Virus record (IMG/VR): IMGVR_UViG_3300011116_000062
Coordinates: 1 to 61,632 of that record
Source of the DNA: a virus
Taxonomy: Duplodnaviria; Caudoviricetes
DNA length: 61,632 nt
Direction: 5' to 3' (one strand)
This document shows, one piece after another, positions 17,542-26,820 of this stretch; position 1 is the stretch's first letter, and every line of letters starts with the position of its first letter. The position numbers and the translations under genes are program-made. A model generated the notes under the pieces. It was not told the origin of the DNA. It saw nothing but the letters and a program-made list of their open reading frames with translations, and searched no databases.

Positions 17542-20367
17542 ATGAGAAAACAATTTTATGAGAAAGCATTACCGTCGCAGGGCGTCTACTGTATATCTGG
17601 AATCGACAAGAACGGAAAAATAATCAATCGGTTCGCAGAGACGCTTGGCGATCTCTTAACAACCATAGAGAGGATTGAAAGTGATCAGAACGTATTCGTA
17701 GCACTCAACACATTCAACGGGTACAGCCGTAAGGCTGAGTATGCAATCTACTGCAAGTCATTCTTCGTCGATCTGGACGTAGGGGCAGGCAACCCGAAGA
17801 AGTATCCTAGCAAGGAGGCAGCACTCGCTGACCTCGCGGACTTCGTGCTGCTGAAAGAACTACCGCCACCTGTACGGGTGGATTCGGGTACGGGCATCCA
17901 TGCCTACTGGCTGTTCGATAGGGACGTGCCAACCGAGGAGTGGCGGACCTACGCAGGCAAGTTCAAACAACTCTGTTTAGATCATCTCAAGATTGACCCG
18001 GCGGTCACGGCTGACGCCGCCCGTATCTTGCGGTGTCCAGAATCCAACAATTACAAGACCGACCCACCGAGCCGCAGTCGGTTTCTCGACACCGAGCTCT
18101 TCGAATACAGTTTCGATGAATTCAAGGAGTACCTTGGCAAGGAGGAGCCGACCACTAACTCCATCCTTGATTCCATCCCGAAGGGCATGGATGAGGATAC
18201 CAAGCGTATCGCCAAGTTAGATAACTACGAGACCACGTTCCAAGACATCGCAGAAAAGAGTCTGAGCGATCAAGGGTGCGCTCAGATTAAGAACATCTTG
18301 GTCAATTCCAAGATGCTAGAAGAACCGTTGTGGTACGCAGGGTTGTCCATCGCCCGTCATTGCACGGACTGGGAGACTGCCATCCACTTAATGTCTGAAG
18401 ACCATCCTGAGTACAACCATGAAGCAACTATTCGTAAGGCTAATCAAGCGTTTGGCAAGCCGTTTTCCTGTGAGAAGTTCAACGAACTCAACCCATCAGG
18501 ATGCGCTGAATGCCCCTTGCGGGGAAGAATCACTAATCCTCTTGCAGTTGGACGACGACTTAAAGAAGCCGCGCCAGAAGAACTTACCCCGCAGGACTCA
18601 GTTCGGATCTCGCAGAATCCCGAAGAAGTTCCGAGTCTACCGCAGTTCTTACTACCCTATGTACGAGGACGAGAGTCAGGAGGAATCTTCTTCGTCCCTC
18701 CTTCCAAAGTAGATGAGGATGGGGTCAGGTGGCAGGATGAGCCTGTCTGCATAAGCCAGAACGACTTGGCTCCGTTCAAGCGAATGTTCAGTCCTGCGGA
18801 TGGCGACTGCCTCATGGTGCGTCACGCCATGAAGAACGACCCGACACGTGAGTTCATCCTACCGATGAAGCATGTGTATGCGACGGACAAGTTCAAGGAG
18901 ATTCTGAGCAGCAACAGCGTAATGTTCCTGCCAGCGCACACGAATCACTTGGCTAACTACTTTATCAAGTGGAATCAGTACCTACAAAACATGGATAAGG
19001 CGGAAATCATGCACATGCAGATGGGATGGACAGAAACCAACGACTCTTTCGTTATCGGTCTCAACGAGATCACTAGCAAGGGTGAGGAACGTAAGGCAGC
19101 GGCTAGTCCGTTGGTCCGTAACATTTCTAAACTACTCAAGCCGCAGGGTGACTACGATGTCTGGAAGCGGTCGGCCAACGCACTTGACGAGCGTGGATTT
19201 GAGATGCACCTGTTCGCTCTGCTGTGTGGGCTTGGCTCTCCGCTGATGCGGCTGACCTCCACTAGCGGTGTGATGGTCTCGTTCACTAGCGTCGAGACAG
19301 GCAATGCCAAGACGGGTGCCATGTATGCAGGGCTGTCGGTCTGGGGAGACCCGAAGGAACTCAGCGTGGTGGACGGCAACGCTACGGATAACGCCTTCAT
19401 CGGTAGATTGCTTAATCTCAAGAACATCTTCTTCGGGATTGATGAAGCCAGCAACATCGACCCAGAGCAACTATCCAAGTTGATCCACCGTATCTCTCAG
19501 GGCAAGGCCAAGATACGTATGCAGAGTTCGGTCAACGCCGAGCGCGACCTTGAGATGACTGCATCGCTCATCGCCATGGTGACATCGAACCATCCGATGT
19601 ACGAGAAGTTGCAGAAGATTAAGGCAAGCCCGGACGGCGAAGTTGCGCGTCTTGTGGAGTTTGTTATCGAGCGCCCCATGCCTCTCGTAGTCAATCCTAG
19701 CAGGGGCCGAGAGATATTCGATGAGTTCCGTTACAACTACGGACATGCGGGGCCGGAGTTCGTCAAGGAGTTCTTCCGCATCGGTGAGGATCAAGTCAAA
19801 GTCATGATGGCAGCGTGGCAGGACAGGTTCCGCAAGGACTTCGGCAACGATACTGGCTACCGCTTCTACGAGAACCTCATCAAGGCAGCGTTCACGGCAG
19901 GCGAAATCTCAGTAAACGCAGGCATCTTGAACGTTGATTTGGACAAGGCTTATACGAAGGTTGTATCGAAGATGCTGGAGATCCGTGACAGCACGGCTCA
20001 CATCAATCAGAACGATTACAAGAACCTGCTTGGTGAGTACAGCAACAAAAATCAATCTTCGTTTCTGTTCATGGACGGGGAGAAGATGATCAACACCTAC
20101 GAGCCGCGGCAACTGATTGGGCGTATCGACGTGAATACAGGGATGTACTACGTATCCCGTACCGAGTTCAAGAAGTATCTGGCTGAGTTAAACATCAGCG
20201 CCCGACAGTTTGAGATGGTGATGAAGGCTGAGAAGATACTTGTTGGCGCTGAGAAGAAGCGTCTTGGCGCAGGTTGGAAAGGCGGCTCTACGTTCCATCC
20301 CATCTGGGTATATGCTTTCAAGACGGATAACGCTGAGGCGTTGGTGAATGAACTCAATAAGGCTTGA
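17542..20367 (+). CDS. Primase-helicase (RepB-like AEP primase + DUF927 + P-loop domain)
   Basis: FVDLD, SGTGIHAYW, RILRCP; QMGW; TGNAKT and GIDE motifs. Confidence 0.85.
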   Translation: MRKQFYEKALPSQGVYCISGIDKNGKIINRFAETLGDLLTTIERIESDQNVFVALNTFNGYSRKAEYAIYCKSFFVDLDVGAGNPKKYPSKEAALADLADFVLLKELPPPVRVDSGTGIHAYWLFDRDVPTEEWRTYAGKFKQLCLDHLKIDPAVTADAARILRCPESNNYKTDPPSRSRFLDTELFEYSFDEFKEYLGKEEPTTNSILDSIPKGMDEDTKRIAKLDNYETTFQDIAEKSLSDQGCAQIKNILVNSKMLEEPLWYAGLSIARHCTDWETAIHLMSEDHPEYNHEATIRKANQAFGKPFSCEKFNELNPSGCAECPLRGRITNPLAVGRRLKEAAPEELTPQDSVRISQNPEEVPSLPQFLLPYVRGRESGGIFFVPPSKVDEDGVRWQDEPVCISQNDLAPFKRMFSPADGDCLMVRHAMKNDPTREFILPMKHVYATDKFKEILSSNSVMFLPAHTNHLANYFIKWNQYLQNMDKAEIMHMQMGWTETNDSFVIGLNEITSKGEERKAAASPLVRNISKLLKPQGDYDVWKRSANALDERGFEMHLFALLCGLGSPLMRLTSTSGVMVSFTSVETGNAKTGAMYAGLSVWGDPKELSVVDGNATDNAFIGRLLNLKNIFFGIDEASNIDPEQLSKLIHRISQGKAKIRMQSSVNAERDLEMTASLIAMVTSNHPMYEKLQKIKASPDGEVARLVEFVIERPMPLVVNPSRGREIFDEFRYNYGHAGPEFVKEFFRIGEDQVKVMMAAWQDRFRKDFGNDTGYRFYENLIKAAFTAGEISVNAGILNVDLDKAYTKVVSKMLEIRDSTAHINQNDYKNLLGEYSNKNQSSFLFMDGEKMINTYEPRQLIGRIDVNTGMYYVSRTEFKKYLAELNISARQFEMVMKAEKILVGAEKKRLGAGWKGGSTFHPIWVYAFKTDNAEALVNELNKA

Positions 20368-20554
20368 GGAACCCGAGTGGCTACTGCCGTTTGAGTTCAT
20401 GCAGATAGGCGACAGTTTCTTTGTGCCTACTCTCAAGCCCATGGAGATGCTATACATCATCGACACCCGGTCGAAGGTCGCCAAGGTTAAGGTGAAGGCT
20501 TACACCTCGTCCAAGGATGGACGCCTCGGGGTGCGTGTATGGCGCGTACGTTAG
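20348..20554 (+). CDS. Small hypothetical (putative DNA-binding) protein
   Basis: LPFEFMQIGDSFFVP...GVRVWR. Confidence 0.7.
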   Translation: MNSIRLEEPEWLLPFEFMQIGDSFFVPTLKPMEMLYIIDTRSKVAKVKVKAYTSSKDGRLGVRVWRVR

Positions 20555-23500
20555 GTTTCTGGCTCTATCCCGTAGAGTTTGAACGTATCAATCATGTTCC
20601 GCTTGGCAAGGTTCTGCATCCGGGTGTTCTCCTTGAGCAGGTCGCGGCGCTGCTGCTGGTTGAACTGCGAAGACAGCCGGATGTACTTCGCTTGCTCCTG
20701 TAGTGACTTCAACTGATCATTGATTGCATGATTGTAGAAATCCACGATCTCGATGTCAGTCGGATACTTTTCAAGATACCGCCTGAAGGCATCAGGGCGC
20801 AGTTCCAGAGACTTGAGTAGTCGCTGCTTCTGCTCAACCTGCTCCTTCACATCCTGATACTGCCGAGCATCATAGTTTGACCGGGTGCCGATAAAACTAT
20901 CAAGCGGCACAAGGGTACGGTCTAGGTCATCTATGCTACGCAGTTCGCGCTGTCCGCTGGCAAACAATTTGAGATCATATGTGGCAGAAGCAACGCGATT
21001 AAGAGCATCAGCATAGTTAGTAGCCCAGAAGTACATGCTGTTCGGGCTGACTTCCACGTTGGTGAAGTCGAAGAAGTTCCGCGCCATGTCCTTGTACAGA
21101 TCAGGCACGTTGCTGCCGCCGGTAAAGACATCGCTGTATCGGCTCTGACGGTTGTTATAGATCTCGTTACCGAGGTTGTCGGTGTTCATTGCGTACTCTA
21201 CGACGGGTCGCAAAGCAGACGGTGTTACCGAGTCAACAAGGAAGCCGGTGAAGTTATCGAAGACGTTGATGTTTGACTTGGGTATCGGAATGAACGAGTC
21301 AAACGCTATGTTGATAATGTTAGCCGTGAAGTCCTTAAAGGATTCGTTACCAGCAGCCAATGCTGCGACCTGCGCTCCCATAGCGCCAAAAGCCGAGATA
21401 CCAAAGCCCCACGGGATCTGAAGGAACGTGTCCTTACCAAGTATCGGAAGTCTGGCGTAACGAGTCCACCGCGCCATGTCGTCCGTGGCTACAGAGTTTC
21501 GACCTTGCTCGTCATCGTCCGCACCAGCCAGAGCAAGACTATAAAGGAATGCACCGGCAGCAGCCGTCGCAAAGATGGTGTACTGCGCTCGACGCTTGTT
21601 CTCTTTGTAGTTATTCAGGAACCGCTTGGACGCTTCAGGATTGTCCCTGATGGACGCCGGAGCCTTGGACAACGCAGTCTTCTCATCAACAAGTGCAGGC
21701 ATGATCGCGTCGATGGCACGCACCGCACCTGTCGCACCCGCACGGAAGAACATGAACAGCGCACCAGCCTCACGCCCTGCCGTACCAATCAGTCGGAAGT
21801 TGGCAAGGTTTTTAGCGAAGGACGCAGCCTCGGTCCTAGCAGCCTGCTCGATCTGCGCGGTCTCCTGAGCGTTAGGGGAACGCTTGTTCTTGTCACGGAA
21901 CTCCTGCTTCAGCCGAGCCATGACGTTGCCCTTCATCACGCCGTACGCAGCCACGCGACTCGTGAATTCGAAAGCGTCGTTATATATGTCAGCCCACTTT
22001 TGGATGGCTTCTTTAGTTTTATCGTAAGGGCTAACTCCTTTCGGGCCGATCAAAGCCTCTAGTTCATTAGCCTGTGCCTGCATACTGTAGATTTGCTGAT
22101 AAGTAGTCCGACCACCTTCCTGCATCCACTCAATCACATCGTTGTAGAACGGGTCGGTCTTAGCAAGCTTCTCCAGTTCAGCAATCTTTCCTTCGTTGAG
22201 AAGTTTGGAAACGTTACCAGACTTGTGCAGACCGCCCTTCATCACGTTGCGGAACAACGCATCAGCCAGATACGTAGCCGCTTCCTTACCGCCCACGTCG
22301 GCAGAGATAGCCAGCGTGTTGGTGAAGATGTCACGAGGGAAGTTGAGCGGGGCGAACGACGGGTTGTATCGGGTATGCATCTGGCCAAAGAAGCCGGTGA
22401 TGTTGTTACCCCATCTAACTCCCAAGTTATCCACCTGATACGGACGGCGGATAGACTCCAAGAAGTCTATGTCTTTATTGGCGATCTCATAGACCTCGAT
22501 GTTGCCAGCGTCGTTGTAGTGGAACAGTTTGTTCTTGCCCTTGAACTTCTTAAAATCGAAGTCTTTGTCAAGGTAACGCTGCTCGTGGGTCACTTCGGCT
22601 ACCTTACGACCGCTGACGTGCCCCTGTTCAATAAGGTTCTTAACGGCCTCCGTTACACCGGCACGGCCAGCGCGGGAGGCTGCATACAACGCGTCGGAGA
22701 GAGACTGAAGGACTGAGTTGTCGGCTTCGGACTCACGACCTTCCATGGCTTGATCCGCATCAGCAAACTCACCGCTGATGCGTACATCGTTAGGATCAGT
22801 CATCTCTGCTTCAGCACGCACCTTGGTACCCGGCACACCCTTGAACGGCGTGTAGTGCTTGAAGTCGTAGAAGGCGACGATGTTATCAACCGGCTTGGTC
22901 CAATACTTCGCCATGCGGTTGAGTTCGGCAGTTACATTCTGCACGTCCTCGATAGCCTTAATCGCCGCTTCTGCAGGCGGCTTCTGCGTGCCCAAAGCGT
23001 TGAACGTGTTGGCCCACTTAGCAATGAATGCAGGGCTGTATCCACCAAGAACGTTGTACTGCTCGTCATTGATGTCCGTAGACATCGGCTTGCCTTCTTT
23101 CTTAATCGGGCTAGCACCGAGCGGATCAAGGTTGTTTTTATCAGATACGAGCGCCTTCAGCAGCTTGTGTAACTGCTTAGCCTGTCCATTGCTAACAAGA
23201 TCATTACCCGGCTTGACGAGGGCGCGGAGGATACTGTCACGTAATTCGGCAGGGCTTATCTGGATAGTGCGCCCGTTAGAGTCACGGAAAGCCCGACGCT
23301 TAGTGCTAAGCGGTACGTAACGCATGAACATGATCATGCGGCGCTCCGGCTCATGCAGGACGATTCGGAACCGGTCAAGTTCCTCGATGGCCTGATCTGT
23401 AGTCAGGTTACGCGACCTAGCGTACTTTTCGATGGCCTTATACGCACGGTCCATCGGCCCCTTGAGCATGGTCGAGGTGAGCCAAGCAGCCTTATCCTGA

Positions 23501-26500
23501 GCGTTGGTGATCTTGGTATAGGCATCGTTCATGCCGGGACCGTAGGTGATCAGTTCACCGGCACGTTTGAGCGCACGCTCAAGAAGCAGCGCGGGGCGCA
23601 GTTCGTTCTGGAACTTCTTGACAATCGCCTCAAACTTGTCGAGCCGCCTGCTACCAGCCTCTCTTCCAGACACGTACTTAAGGATACGGTCAGTGATACT
23701 AACCTTGCCGTACCGCTGCTTGTACGTATCCTGCCGGGTCTTTATTGCTTGCTCTGGGGTCTGACCTTTCCGGTCGGTAGGTTCAACTGCCCGGTAGCCG
23801 GGTGCTTCTGAAAGCATCCTGTCGGTCTGATATTTACCGTCCGCTTTAGCAAGACTATCCAACGCACGAATGGCGGCCGCGTCAGACTTCAGACCGAAGA
23901 CATCTTTAACTTTCTCAATAAAGTCACGCAACCAATTTTTAAGTTGGCCGATGATGCTTGGTGAAACTTCGTAACGCCCCTGCACGATACGGGCACCGTT
24001 GACCGCCCAGAATTCAGACGGATTGACGTACTGATAGAACGACTTGGGAACCTGTCCGTTCCTAATAGCGTCAAGGGCCTTCTCGTACTCGGCGTTCCGA
24101 TTCGTTTCGTCAGTAAAGTAGTGGTAGTTCGTAATGGCATTGAAGAACGCCTTCTCAGCATCAGTCTTCGCGTTCTTCGCCGCCTTGGTCAGTTGTTTGA
24201 CATAGGCTTTGAGGATGCCCGAGCGGATGTTGGACGGCATCAACCGTTCAAGATGGTGCAGGATCTCGTGTGTAGCGGTCTGGCTATCACCTGCGCTTTT
24301 GAACAACGTGACAATACGGCCCACCGGGTTATAAAACCCACCCGTGCCTATCTCTGTCAGTGGCTGTCCACGGATAGAGATGCCCAAGTCATCGACAAGC
24401 AACGGGTTCTGCCGGATGAACCATTCGGCAATATCGATACCTTCTTGCGATATCAAGCCTTTGCGCCGAGCGTTCATAAGTCGCTCGCGGATGTAGTCTG
24501 CACCGCGTTTACGCGGTTGAACAATGCGCTCTTTTTGGGTCTCTAGCAGTAGGTTGCCGGTAGTTTCGGCTAACTGATCGCCAGTAATCTGACCTTCATC
24601 GTATTTTTGCTTAGCCTTTTTTAGTTCAGTACGTAGCGACGGGGCGCGTTCACGGCTCTGCTCTGATACATCCGGCGCAGTACGATTTAGGACATCAACG
24701 CTTTTATATACACGGTCTGCGTCTGTGTCTTCATCTTCCTCAAGTTTAGCCCGTGCTTTCTTTTCAGCTTCAATCCGATTTCTTTCATTAAAGAATCTGG
24801 CAATATCTTCGTCAGTAGCGTTTTCAGAAAGCGACGGTTCAGAAGTAGTAGCCTGCGCTTTATTTTCAGCTTCAATTTCTTCAGCAGTTTTAATTTTAAA
24901 ACGCGGACGGTCAGGGTCTAGAAAAAACGACGGTTCAGAAGTAGTGGCAGGTTCAACAGCAGGTTCAGCAGCAGGCTCAACAGCAGGCTCAGCCTGTGCT
25001 TTAGCAGCAGCCCTTCTTTCAAAAGTTTGCTTAATAAGGTTAAGTCGTTGTTCAGAGGCGGTTGGCGCAGCGGCTTCAACTTTTTCTTCTGTAACGGTCT
25101 CAGGTTCGCCCAAGAACTTACCGGCCTTGAACATACCACGCATGACGCTGCCATCAGCATCGACGAACTCGCCTTCGCCGTGGAATTTATAGTCCTTGAA
25201 GCCGCCGTTATAGACAGATCCGTCTGTAAAAGTCAGCGTGCCTACGCCGTTAAGCCTGCCTTTCTTAAAAGTACCTTGAAATACATCGCCAGTAGGTGTG
25301 GTATACGCTCCAACACCTTCAAACAATCCGCTTTTGGAGTCAACTTTACCGGTATAAGACGACCCGTCATCGAACGTATACGTTTCAGAAGTTAGTGCAG
25401 GACTGAGTGCTGCTTCTCCAACATCAGGTTCTTCAGCAAACACATCAGCAGGTACCAATCCTGCGCCTGTAGGCTCTGTAACACCGGGTTCTGCGGCTCC
25501 AACTCCAGATGGAGGCACAACATCGCCTCTTCCAACTGGTTCAGTGATAGTTTGTCCAGCAGCGGTTGTAACATCGGCTCCACTTGGCACCTCCATTTCG
25601 GGTACGAACTCACCCGTAGTCAGCATACCAAGGTCAGGAGCCTTGGCCGTCAAAATGTCGTTGAGCAAGGACTTGGTATAGGCAAGTTTGGAGTCTTTAT
25701 CAATCTCGTAGCCCATGTTGCGGATTAGTTTCCGCGCCGTAAACAGGTTGAACTGGACCTCGCCACTCCCAACCTTGTCCGCATAGTCCTTGGCAGCGGC
25801 AAAGGCTTCCGGCGGGATGCCGCCCGGTGCGCTAGGAGGTGCAGCAGTTTCGCCAGCAGGAGGCGGCGGGGGCGGAGGAGGAGCCTCTCCACCATCAGTC
25901 TCTTCTTCAGTTGTAGCTTTAGTAGAAGTAACGAAACCCTTAGCCCCACCCATCAGAGGACCGAGGATGGCCGCGCCAATTGCAGCCTGCTTGAACTCTT
26001 CCCGTGCATCAGCATCGGTGAGTGACAGGCCAGCCTGCCAGCGTTCAAGAGCCTGCTGAGCAACTTCTTGAGGAATTTCAAAAGCCGCGCCTTTGCCTGC
26101 TTCAATCAGCGCAGTGCCGTAACGAGTACTCTTGATTGCGCCACGTTCGGCAGCATCGGTAACAGCCTTGGCCGCAGCCTCAGCAGCCTCGTCACTTGCA
26201 CCAACAAGGTTTTTAAGAAGCGGAAACGCTTCGAACAGCGGTTTGAAATACTTGAACCCGGCGTAGTCAAGCGCCGTCTGCCCCGCCGACGATATAACGG
26301 ATCGCGTTAAACTGAATTCTTCAGGGACACGACCTTCGGTAGCAGCACGTTCCTGCTCCTGTGCCTGCCGCAAGATGTTCTGAGTTCCATACTGTGCGGC
26401 ACTAGTAGCCATACCAGCCTTAACAGCGCGACCCGGTGCTCTGGTTAGTAGCGCAGTGCCAGTCGCTGTGATAGCAGGTGCAACAAGTTGACCGAGCGAG

Positions 26501-26820
26501 CCGCCAAGAAGTTCCTTGAACGCCTCCCAGTTTTCTCCTTCGCCAAACCCTACCGACTCGTACTTAGACTTAGCAGCGTCAAGCAGTTTGCGACGGTTTT
26601 CTTCGTTCGGGTTATCAGCGTAGCGCGTGGCTTCGTCAGCCAAACCGAGAGTCTTGGCAGACTCGAAGAATGCCCCGAAGAAACCGGGACGCTCAGGGGC
26701 TTTAGGTTGCGCCGCCTGTTGATACTGCGTCCACGGTCCCGGCTCCATGCCTTGTTGATATTGCGTCCACGGCCCAGCGCCTTGCTCTGGAGCCTGATAG
26801 TTTTCCCAAGGCTTAGCCAT
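20551..26820 (-). CDS. Large polyvalent internal virion protein (MORN repeats, zincin, LPD38-like C-terminus)
   Basis: 2089 aa; MORN-like repeats; HEILHH; C-terminal QIPWGFG...LRPVVEYAMNTD region. Confidence 0.75.
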   Translation of the reverse strand: MAKPWENYQAPEQGAGPWTQYQQGMEPGPWTQYQQAAQPKAPERPGFFGAFFESAKTLGLADEATRYADNPNEENRRKLLDAAKSKYESVGFGEGENWEAFKELLGGSLGQLVAPAITATGTALLTRAPGRAVKAGMATSAAQYGTQNILRQAQEQERAATEGRVPEEFSLTRSVISSAGQTALDYAGFKYFKPLFEAFPLLKNLVGASDEAAEAAAKAVTDAAERGAIKSTRYGTALIEAGKGAAFEIPQEVAQQALERWQAGLSLTDADAREEFKQAAIGAAILGPLMGGAKGFVTSTKATTEEETDGGEAPPPPPPPPAGETAAPPSAPGGIPPEAFAAAKDYADKVGSGEVQFNLFTARKLIRNMGYEIDKDSKLAYTKSLLNDILTAKAPDLGMLTTGEFVPEMEVPSGADVTTAAGQTITEPVGRGDVVPPSGVGAAEPGVTEPTGAGLVPADVFAEEPDVGEAALSPALTSETYTFDDGSSYTGKVDSKSGLFEGVGAYTTPTGDVFQGTFKKGRLNGVGTLTFTDGSVYNGGFKDYKFHGEGEFVDADGSVMRGMFKAGKFLGEPETVTEEKVEAAAPTASEQRLNLIKQTFERRAAAKAQAEPAVEPAAEPAVEPATTSEPSFFLDPDRPRFKIKTAEEIEAENKAQATTSEPSLSENATDEDIARFFNERNRIEAEKKARAKLEEDEDTDADRVYKSVDVLNRTAPDVSEQSRERAPSLRTELKKAKQKYDEGQITGDQLAETTGNLLLETQKERIVQPRKRGADYIRERLMNARRKGLISQEGIDIAEWFIRQNPLLVDDLGISIRGQPLTEIGTGGFYNPVGRIVTLFKSAGDSQTATHEILHHLERLMPSNIRSGILKAYVKQLTKAAKNAKTDAEKAFFNAITNYHYFTDETNRNAEYEKALDAIRNGQVPKSFYQYVNPSEFWAVNGARIVQGRYEVSPSIIGQLKNWLRDFIEKVKDVFGLKSDAAAIRALDSLAKADGKYQTDRMLSEAPGYRAVEPTDRKGQTPEQAIKTRQDTYKQRYGKVSITDRILKYVSGREAGSRRLDKFEAIVKKFQNELRPALLLERALKRAGELITYGPGMNDAYTKITNAQDKAAWLTSTMLKGPMDRAYKAIEKYARSRNLTTDQAIEELDRFRIVLHEPERRMIMFMRYVPLSTKRRAFRDSNGRTIQISPAELRDSILRALVKPGNDLVSNGQAKQLHKLLKALVSDKNNLDPLGASPIKKEGKPMSTDINDEQYNVLGGYSPAFIAKWANTFNALGTQKPPAEAAIKAIEDVQNVTAELNRMAKYWTKPVDNIVAFYDFKHYTPFKGVPGTKVRAEAEMTDPNDVRISGEFADADQAMEGRESEADNSVLQSLSDALYAASRAGRAGVTEAVKNLIEQGHVSGRKVAEVTHEQRYLDKDFDFKKFKGKNKLFHYNDAGNIEVYEIANKDIDFLESIRRPYQVDNLGVRWGNNITGFFGQMHTRYNPSFAPLNFPRDIFTNTLAISADVGGKEAATYLADALFRNVMKGGLHKSGNVSKLLNEGKIAELEKLAKTDPFYNDVIEWMQEGGRTTYQQIYSMQAQANELEALIGPKGVSPYDKTKEAIQKWADIYNDAFEFTSRVAAYGVMKGNVMARLKQEFRDKNKRSPNAQETAQIEQAARTEAASFAKNLANFRLIGTAGREAGALFMFFRAGATGAVRAIDAIMPALVDEKTALSKAPASIRDNPEASKRFLNNYKENKRRAQYTIFATAAAGAFLYSLALAGADDDEQGRNSVATDDMARWTRYARLPILGKDTFLQIPWGFGISAFGAMGAQVAALAAGNESFKDFTANIINIAFDSFIPIPKSNINVFDNFTGFLVDSVTPSALRPVVEYAMNTDNLGNEIYNNRQSRYSDVFTGGSNVPDLYKDMARNFFDFTNVEVSPNSMYFWATNYADALNRVASATYDLKLFASGQRELRSIDDLDRTLVPLDSFIGTRSNYDARQYQDVKEQVEQKQRLLKSLELRPDAFRRYLEKYPTDIEIVDFYNHAINDQLKSLQEQAKYIRLSSQFNQQQRRDLLKENTRMQNLAKRNMIDTFKLYGIEPET

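Noticed and set aside
20551-26820. N4-like virion RNA polymerase
   Set aside because: No RNA polymerase catalytic motifs recognised; zincin and LPD38-like features fit a polyvalent protein better
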